Positions 18,235-24,063 of a DNA stretch of 33,207 nt are shown one piece after another. This DNA is from Paludibacteraceae bacterium (GTDB taxonomy: Bacteria > Bacteroidota > Bacteroidia > Bacteroidales > Paludibacteraceae). Made by a program: the position numbers and the translations under genes. The stretch spans positions 1-33,207 of the forward strand of contig JAZNQB010000010.1 of the NCBI GenBank assembly GCA_045589995.1, given 5' to 3'. Position 1 is the stretch's first letter. Each line of letters begins with the position of its first letter. The notes beneath the pieces were generated by a model. That model saw only the letters and a program-made list of their open reading frames with translations. It was not told where the DNA came from and made no database searches.

Positions 18235-19446
18235 GTGAGTTTGAGTGTGGAAGGCATTGCACGCGCATTGGTGAACATATACAAGGGGAATGTGGACATT
18301 GATCATGAAGTAGAGGAACACCTTTTCCAAGAAACAAGCAAGATATTCAACGAGGCAATATCTGAAGGTTATGCAAACGCTGTAGAGAATAACACACCTC
18401 TGCCAAACGACACCTTCAGGAGTTCGTTCAATCATAGTGCAGATGTGTTCTCTGCCTTTCGCGTACACCGTATGCAGCAAGACATAGCAGCACAAATGAT
18501 AGACGAAGACGGTCATGTAAAACCGTTTCAGAAGTTTGTCAAAGATGTGTCGCCCTATATTGAGCACCGCAATCGTGCCTGGTTACGCACTGAATATGAC
18601 ACCGCCATCCTCAGAGCTCAGAACGCAGCTGAGTGGAAGATGTTTGAGGCGGAAAAAGATGTCTATCCAAACCTGGAGTGGATAGACTCCACCTCTCCCA
18701 ATCCTGGTGCGGATCACATGGTGTTCTGGGGAACAGTGCGACCTGTAGATGATCCGTTTTGGGACGAACACAAGCCAGGCGATAGGTGGAACTGCAAATG
18801 TGAGCTTCAGCAAAGCGATAGCGATGTGACAGCAGCACCCCTGAGCGACGGCAAGTCAGACCCCGCACGCGGATTAGAGAGCAACCCAGCCAAAGCTGAA
18901 GAACTATTCTCACAAAAACATCCATACTACCCACAGAGCTGCATGTCGTGTCCATTTGCCGGAAATAAACTCATGGCATTGGCTATGGACCTGGCAGGGC
19001 GCAAGAACTGCAATCGATGTGGCAAGGTGGATAAAGAGATAGGGAAGCGTATTGATAGCAGCCCCAATAAGAAGAAGGCTGGAGAAATCGAAGTATCTGA
19101 TTTTGTCAAGAAACATCTTGAGCCTTCAGTTACAAGTTCCGGTCAGAAAACCAATCAAAAACTCGTCACAAGTAAAGATGGGGATGAACTTATTTTTAGG
19201 CGTAAATTCTTCGATGAAACGCTTGCGAAATGTTGCCGAAAAAAGAATGCTGGTGAGACTATGCAATTTGTTTTTGAATTTGAACAGTGGGCTAAGAAAC
19301 TAACACTTGTCAGAACGGAAACAGGTATTCATCACGATTGTGATTTTCGTGTGTATGAATGTACATACCAAGGGAAGCGAATTGAATTGAAAGCAAAGGA
19401 TACAGCAGGTTATATATCTTATATGATACGAGTGTATGATAAATAA
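18235..19446 (+). CDS. MuF / SPP1 gp7-family head morphogenesis protein with ~210-aa C-terminal extension
   Basis: 403 aa. The MuF core signature is RTEYDTAILRAQNAAEWK ... ADHMVFWGTVRPVDDPFWDEHKPGDRWNCKCEL (residues ~115-192). The only start is GTG at 18235, and the first in-frame ATG is codon 80. The extension carries CMSC...CNRC. Confidence 0.8.
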   Translation: MSLSVEGIARALVNIYKGNVDIDHEVEEHLFQETSKIFNEAISEGYANAVENNTPLPNDTFRSSFNHSADVFSAFRVHRMQQDIAAQMIDEDGHVKPFQKFVKDVSPYIEHRNRAWLRTEYDTAILRAQNAAEWKMFEAEKDVYPNLEWIDSTSPNPGADHMVFWGTVRPVDDPFWDEHKPGDRWNCKCELQQSDSDVTAAPLSDGKSDPARGLESNPAKAEELFSQKHPYYPQSCMSCPFAGNKLMALAMDLAGRKNCNRCGKVDKEIGKRIDSSPNKKKAGEIEVSDFVKKHLEPSVTSSGQKTNQKLVTSKDGDELIFRRKFFDETLAKCCRKKNAGETMQFVFEFEQWAKKLTLVRTETGIHHDCDFRVYECTYQGKRIELKAKDTAGYISYMIRVYDK

Positions 19447-19506
19447 AAATCAGTCCGTTCACCCGTAGGTGGGAAAACCCACCTCTATGAGTGAGGGACT
19501 GATTTC
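19441..19506 (-). ncRNA. candidate ~60-nt small RNA (long hairpin plus U-tract) antisense to the late-operon intergenic region
   Basis: The minus strand reads CAGTCC-CTCAC-TCATAG-AGGTGGG-TTTT-CCCACCT-ACGG-GTGA-AC-GGACTG, followed by ATTTTTATTT. That gives ~17 bp of stem in three blocks. It starts a few nt downstream of a consensus minus-strand promoter. Confidence 0.4.
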
Positions 19507-19511
19507 GACCG

Positions 19512-19542
19512 CAAAGGTAGTATATTTTTTTGAAGTATCAAA
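19512..19542 (-). promoter_or_regulatory. orphan Bacteroidota-type promoter on the minus strand
   Basis: Minus strand: TTTG (19542-19539), 19-nt spacer ATACTTCAAAAAAATATAC, TACCTTTG (19519-19512). There is no minus-strand gene downstream, only the hairpin/U-tract. Confidence 0.5.
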
Positions 19543-19566
19543 ATTTTTTGCAAAAAAAATGCACAA

Positions 19567-20019
19567 ATGACCCCAGAACAGTTCAAAAAACTGCTTAAAA
19601 AGAAGCAAAAGGAGATAAATCAAGCATTTAGCCGTACATTACCAGTGAAGGTTGGTACCGAGGCGGTGAAGTTTGTTCGGGAGAATTTTCGCGAAGAAGG
19701 CTTTGTTGATTCCAAGCTGGAGAAATGGAAACCTGCCAAGCGAAAGTCAAACCCGAAACACCCAGATCAGGCCTATGGCACATTGCTCTCCAGGCGCAAT
19801 CGTCTATACAGATCCGTGAGCAAACGCGCTTCACCAGGTAAAGCAGTGGTATATACCAATGTGCCATACGCAGCAGCTCACAATGAAGGTACCAATAACG
19901 CAGGTCGTGGGCGCAAGACAAAGATACCCAAGCGACAATTCATTGGACCATCAAAGGTGCTGAACGAACGCGCAAAGGGTGTGATCACAAAAGAACTCAA
20001 GAAGATTTTGAACGACTAA
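19567..20019 (+). CDS. virion morphogenesis / head-tail joining protein (Mu gpG / HK97 gp10-like)
   Basis: 150 aa. The motif VVYTNVPYAAAHNEGT...IPKRQFIGPS resembles the gpG/gp10 family signature. Confidence 0.5.
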   Translation: MTPEQFKKLLKKKQKEINQAFSRTLPVKVGTEAVKFVRENFREEGFVDSKLEKWKPAKRKSNPKHPDQAYGTLLSRRNRLYRSVSKRASPGKAVVYTNVPYAAAHNEGTNNAGRGRKTKIPKRQFIGPSKVLNERAKGVITKELKKILND

Positions 20020-20035
20020 CAAACACCATTCAAAT

Positions 20036-20497
20036 ATGATTCATTCTGTATTTTCAAAGCTAATGATTGACTTGATGAACCAAGTCGATAGTACATTGAA
20101 AGATGTTCGCATGGTGGACCGCTATTTGGGACAAGACCAAACCAATATCCGCCCCGCCATTTTGTGTCCGGCTGTGCTGATCGATATTGAGAGCGAACAG
20201 TATCAAAATATGGGTGGCGGTTCGCAGTATGTAGAGCCCGCTACAATCACCGTTCGCCTCTGCGTGGACAATTACTCTGCTTCAGGTCCAAAAGCCCCTC
20301 AGAACGCACGAGAACAGTCCATGAAGGACTTTGAACTGGAGAAGGCATTGGTGGATTGCATACATGGTTGGGTTCCTGAAGACAACTACTGCACTTCGCT
20401 GGTTCGGACAGAAGCCAGCAGCGAGAATCGCAATGACATAGGTCTGCGTATTCGCACAATCACATTCACCACTTCGTTTGAGGACATTGACCTATAA
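20036..20497 (+). CDS. head/tail completion protein candidate, function unknown
   Basis: 153-aa ORF, last gene of the rightward late operon. No motif recognised. Confidence 0.35.
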   Translation: MIHSVFSKLMIDLMNQVDSTLKDVRMVDRYLGQDQTNIRPAILCPAVLIDIESEQYQNMGGGSQYVEPATITVRLCVDNYSASGPKAPQNAREQSMKDFELEKALVDCIHGWVPEDNYCTSLVRTEASSENRNDIGLRIRTITFTTSFEDIDL

Positions 20498-20501
20498 ATA
20501 A

Positions 20502-20530
20502 CAAGCCCCGACTACTGCGGTCGGGGCTTG
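20502..20530. terminator. bidirectional intrinsic terminator between convergent late (+) and early (-) operons
   Basis: 11-bp perfect stem CAAGCCCCGAC (20502-20512) / GTCGGGGCTTG (20520-20530) with a 7-nt loop. The plus strand has CTTTATTCTT after the stem. The minus strand has TTATTTAT after it. Confidence 0.75.
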
Positions 20531-20532
20531 CT

Positions 20533-20751
20533 TTATTCTTCAGTCTCGTTGTTAGGTTCGTATTCTCCAGGCTTGATAGCTTGCACTTTGTCCTGGATCC
20601 ATTCGCATACAAATTGCAAACTCGCGCCAATCATAAAGCACACGATTACCACTGCAAAAAGCAATAGGCGGAAAATATAGCTGATTCCCTCCAGCAGCCA
20701 CCAACCAGCGGTGGCAAAGAATAAAGCTGATTTTGATTTGTACTGTTTCAT
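20533..20751 (-). CDS. small membrane protein (2 TM)
   Basis: 72 aa. TM segments ALFFATAGWWLLEGISYIF and LLLFAVVIVCFMIGASLQFV, with an acidic tail. The start overlaps the upstream stop (ATGA). Confidence 0.5.
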   Translation of the reverse strand: MKQYKSKSALFFATAGWWLLEGISYIFRLLLFAVVIVCFMIGASLQFVCEWIQDKVQAIKPGEYEPNNETEE

Positions 20752-20978
20752 TTCTTTAGGTATTCATTTGTATCAAACAATGTGGGTTCGTTGGGTGTAG
20801 GTTTTTCCTCTTCTTGTAGGCTCAACATGCGAAAAAAGGTTCGTTCGCTTATGCCCAGAACTGGCCGTATCTTATTACGATAGACCCACAACTTGCACCT
20901 GTCTTGCCGTCCTGGCTCATAGTGTTCAAGGAGTATTCTGCGAATTATTTGCGCTTTTTTTGCAGTTGATTTGTACAT
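20748..20978 (-). CDS. small HTH DNA-binding protein (middle/late regulator candidate)
   Basis: 76 aa. HTH-like VYRNKIRPVLGISERTFFRML. It lies at the distal end of the early operon, where Mu-like phages encode Mor/C-type activators. The regulatory role is inference only. Confidence 0.45.
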   Translation of the reverse strand: MYKSTAKKAQIIRRILLEHYEPGRQDRCKLWVYRNKIRPVLGISERTFFRMLSLQEEEKPTPNEPTLFDTNEYLKK

Positions 20979-21001
20979 ATCAGAAAAAATTACTACCTTT
21001 G
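20970..21001 (+). promoter_or_regulatory. orphan Bacteroidota-type promoter on the plus strand, overlapping the start codon of the minus-strand HTH gene
   Basis: TTTG (20970-20973), 20-nt spacer containing the CAT of the HTH gene start (20976-20978), TACCTTTG (20994-21001). Confidence 0.5.
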
Positions 21002-21007
21002 CAACGG

Positions 21008-21053
21008 ATTTTTTGCAGGCTTGTGTATCTCTGATATGCGAGCCTCTTTTTAT
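21008..21053 (+). ncRNA. candidate ~45-nt small RNA (hairpin plus U-tract) antisense to the early-operon intercistronic region
   Basis: 13-bp stem 21017-21029 / 21033-21045 with a 3-nt loop, then CTTTTTAT. Three of the pairs are G-U on the plus-strand RNA. They would be A-C mismatches on the other strand, so the hairpin is plus-strand specific. Confidence 0.35.
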
Positions 21054-21334
21054 GTAGGACCGTGATATGGTTCTATCTTGGTCACAATCTCTCGAATTTT
21101 ACGCACTCGCCCTGAACCTTCGCAGGTCTCACAGCGTTGCCCTGTAGAATGGTCAATGCCGTGACCCTTACAGCCACGGCACAACTCAATCATTTCTACT
21201 CTTGTAGATACCTGTTTCATGCCACTACTTGATGTATGATTAGTCTGAAGAATCGTGTCAATGCACCTGCAATCGCAGGTTTCTTTGCCAGAGGTACATA
21301 TTGATGATAACGACCTGCTGTGTTTCTTCTGCAT
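21050..21334 (-). CDS. zinc-ribbon protein with two CxxCxGxG motifs (DnaJ-type zinc finger-like)
   Basis: 94-aa ORF. A shorter form from ATG 21220 (MKQVSTRVEMIELCRGCKGHGIDHSTGQRCETCEGSGRV...) is equally possible. Confidence 0.5.
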   Translation of the reverse strand: MQKKHSRSLSSICTSGKETCDCRCIDTILQTNHTSSSGMKQVSTRVEMIELCRGCKGHGIDHSTGQRCETCEGSGRVRKIREIVTKIEPYHGPT

Positions 21335-21339
21335 GATTT

Positions 21340-21373
21340 GCGTCGCGAGGACATACCATTGAGGTAGCGACGC
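21340..21373 (-). promoter_or_regulatory. intercistronic GC-rich hairpin
   Basis: GCGTCGC (21340-21346) / GCGACGC (21367-21373), 7-bp stem with a 20-nt loop, between two early genes. No U-tract. Role unknown. Confidence 0.3.
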
Positions 21374-21386
21374 ACTCGTCTATTTT

Positions 21387-22067
21387 CTACCATTCGCAAT
21401 CCGTCATGTTAGTGCTTACTGTTACCCATTCATTATGCTCGCCCTTGATCTCCACCTTGACAAACTGCTTGCTCTTGGTGGGACTATATGCGTCGCTGAT
21501 GATACGCATGCCTTCAATGAAGGTCTCGTTCTTGCTGTCATTCGCCATGCGTTGTAGGCGCAGCACATTCTGTGCTTTGAGTTGTCCGCCTTTGCCTCGT
21601 TCGCTGAGTAGTACCTTGACCATATCAGCGAGCTTTTGACCGTTCTCGTCGGTGGCAAGACTGGAGATGTACTCCTCAACCAGTTTCACACCTTCTGTAT
21701 AGGTGTCAAGGTAGTTGTCGTTGGTGTGATAGCCCACAGTGACACGCTTGTTGCCTTCTTGATTGGTGAAGGTGTTGGTCACACGGTCTGTTTTGAGCCA
21801 CTTTTGACCTGTGTACAACTCGTTCTTGAGTGCAATCACCGTGTCAAAATCGTTGAAGATTTGCTTCTTAGCGGCGGTCATTTTGATGTTCAACTCTCCA
21901 ACGCTTTCCACAGCCTTTTCAATAGTCTCATCGACCAGCTGCTTGTAGTGCGCTTCTTGCTCCTCTTTGGCGCGTTTTGCGAACTCCTTTTCTTTGCTCT
22001 TGAATGCTTCGCGAGCCAATTGCTCCTTCTCTTCAGGAGACAAATTGTCAAAATTAAATTCTGCCAT
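21387..22067 (-). CDS. conserved-looking early protein of unknown function (possibly the DUF3164-type found in Mu-like prophages)
   Basis: 226 aa with a charged coiled-coil N-terminus (SPEEKEQLAREAFKSKEKEFAKRAKEEQEAHYKQ). The family assignment is from memory and uncertain. Confidence 0.4.
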   Translation of the reverse strand: MAEFNFDNLSPEEKEQLAREAFKSKEKEFAKRAKEEQEAHYKQLVDETIEKAVESVGELNIKMTAAKKQIFNDFDTVIALKNELYTGQKWLKTDRVTNTFTNQEGNKRVTVGYHTNDNYLDTYTEGVKLVEEYISSLATDENGQKLADMVKVLLSERGKGGQLKAQNVLRLQRMANDSKNETFIEGMRIISDAYSPTKSKQFVKVEIKGEHNEWVTVSTNMTDCEW

Positions 22068-22089
22068 TGTTGTGTTGTTTATAGGGTTA

Positions 22090-22488
22090 TTATTTAGCTT
22101 GAGGTACGCTCATGTTGCGAGCGGTTCTCATATCTTTTGTTTGTATTAGAAACGCATTGTACAGGCTATTGAGGCGTGCCAATGTGATTTGGTTGAAACT
22201 GGTACCACCAGCAGCGCGTTCGGCAATGCCCTTCAGATAGTCAGTGTCCTCTTTTGTGCCTTTGAGGTGTGCCCAGTCTTTGAGGATCTTCAGCAAGCGT
22301 TTGCGTGCCACATCGCGTGGATCGTCTTTTTGCAGTGAGTCACACAGTTGCTTCAGCTGCCATGTCTCCAGTTCTGTGCTGCTTGCCACTCCGTATTGGG
22401 CCAGGAGTACTGACTTGGTGGCACTATCTATTCCCAAACTATTCAGCAGGGTGTGCCAACGCTTGATGAGTTGTTTCTTCGTGTCCAT
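22090..22488 (-). CDS. GemA-like early regulatory protein (Mu gp16 / DUF1018-like)
   Basis: 132 aa. The pattern KKQLIKRWHTLLNSLGIDSATKSVLLAQYGVASSTEL...QLKQLCDSL matches what I recall of gp16/GemA proteins. It sits downstream of the transposition genes. Confidence 0.5.
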   Translation of the reverse strand: MDTKKQLIKRWHTLLNSLGIDSATKSVLLAQYGVASSTELETWQLKQLCDSLQKDDPRDVARKRLLKILKDWAHLKGTKEDTDYLKGIAERAAGGTSFNQITLARLNSLYNAFLIQTKDMRTARNMSVPQAK

Positions 22489-22493
22489 AGTGA

Positions 22494-23147
22494 TTATTCT
22501 TCTGTCATGGTGACTGTTCGTTGTTTATCTTCCTCTGTCATTAAATGATACTCTGGCCAAATATCAAATACTGCTCGACCTGAATAGCGACTGGTGATGT
22601 GATTGTAGAAGTCTTTTACAAACATTTTGATGTCGCTTTTGTAGCGTAAACTGCTGGCTATTGCCCCTAATGGTTGACGACCAGCTGCGTGACTAACAAA
22701 GACAAATAGCTTGCGTGGGTTAGTATCAACCATTTTCACCAGCTCTGCTTTGGTTACACCGTCAAGGAATTGCACCGAGTCAATGATGATTACACGAGGG
22801 CAACGTTTTTTGCGCAAGTTTTCTTTTATTCTATCAAGTTGTAATTTATCCCAGAGACAGAACATTCCTGTATTTTCTGCTACAATTCCAGACTCAACCA
22901 CAGCACGCTTGAATGTTGCGCTCAAACCCTCCTCCAGCGAATTATATGCTACTTTCACACCTTTGCTCATGAGGTACTTTGTCAACTGAAGCAAGAAGCG
23001 CGTTTTACCTTGTCCTGGATCACCCCAAATGGTCCAACATCCTTTGAGCTCTGGGTCGCCCATCGCTTCTTTCCACTTGCCGTCAAATCCAATGCTCTTG
23101 GGTTCGTAGCAAAGGATATCGTTCACACTCAATGCTCGTTTCTTCAT
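22494..23147 (-). CDS. RecA/KaiC/DnaB-C-like P-loop ATPase
   Basis: 217 aa. Walker A GDPGQGKT, Walker B RVIIIDSVQFLD. No HTH and no other domain. Confidence 0.6.
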   Translation of the reverse strand: MKKRALSVNDILCYEPKSIGFDGKWKEAMGDPELKGCWTIWGDPGQGKTRFLLQLTKYLMSKGVKVAYNSLEEGLSATFKRAVVESGIVAENTGMFCLWDKLQLDRIKENLRKKRCPRVIIIDSVQFLDGVTKAELVKMVDTNPRKLFVFVSHAAGRQPLGAIASSLRYKSDIKMFVKDFYNHITSRYSGRAVFDIWPEYHLMTEEDKQRTVTMTEE

Positions 23148-23148
23148 A

Positions 23149-24027
23149 TCAATTTAGTTTCTTTGCATCTATGATACGATGTACACGACGCAAGTCGTAC
23201 AACGCGTTTTTTCCTTTTGCTCTTCCCTCGTAGGCACTACCAATCAGCACCTCGTCGATAGCCTCTGCTGTGGTGATACCATTTGCCTCACAAATCATAG
23301 TCACATCCTTACTGGTGATTGAAGGCAAGGCAATGAACTTGCGACCAAGACGGCTGATGATCTCGTTGAAACCAGTATGCCCCAGGTTCACGCCACGGCG
23401 TATGTGCATTTCTAAGTGGTCGGTTGCGCAAAGCACTATTCCACATCTGCCCTCAAGGTCATTGTAGAGGGTAATGAACAGCTGAAGCACGGTGTCACTC
23501 AATTTGTCCGCCTCGTCCAAAATCAACAGTGGTTTGCTATCACGCCAACGCAGGGTGTTGATAATTTCGTCCACCAGAACAGTCACACGCTTGCCATCGG
23601 TTTTGTTGCCAATAGCACGACCAATCTCAATCAAGAAATCCTTTTTGGTCCAGTATGACTTGCAACTGATATGGTAGGCTTCAGCATGGTTCTTGACATA
23701 GCTCTTTGAGGTGAAAGTCTTACCGCTACCAGCGTCAGATGTCACTGCCATCACAAAGGCGTTTTCTTGCGCATCGTTCAAGATCTTGTTGAAGTTTTTC
23801 CACACCTTTGTTTCTATAGCTTGCCAACTGCTTGCCTCGTAGCCGATAGCATCGGCAATCTTGATGAACATGGCTTCACTTACCAATGCCCAATCGTTAT
23901 TCAGGATAGCACTCACGGTGGCTGGTGCAATGCCAATGGCAGCTGCTGCACGGTTTTGACTATTGAACTTCTGGCAGTACTCACGCAACTCTTGCGCAAT
24001 GTCCTCACGATTGATTTGACTAATCAT
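23149..24027 (-). CDS. MuB-like AAA+ transposition ATPase (N-terminal HTH)
   Basis: 292 aa. HTH RAAAAIGIAPATVSAILNN, Walker A SDAGSGKT, Walker B LLILDEADKL. It lies immediately downstream of the transposase. Confidence 0.8.
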   Translation of the reverse strand: MISQINREDIAQELREYCQKFNSQNRAAAAIGIAPATVSAILNNDWALVSEAMFIKIADAIGYEASSWQAIETKVWKNFNKILNDAQENAFVMAVTSDAGSGKTFTSKSYVKNHAEAYHISCKSYWTKKDFLIEIGRAIGNKTDGKRVTVLVDEIINTLRWRDSKPLLILDEADKLSDTVLQLFITLYNDLEGRCGIVLCATDHLEMHIRRGVNLGHTGFNEIISRLGRKFIALPSITSKDVTMICEANGITTAEAIDEVLIGSAYEGRAKGKNALYDLRRVHRIIDAKKLN

Positions 24028-24063
24028 ATTTGAAAGGTTTTTGAATGTTATTTGATTATTGTT

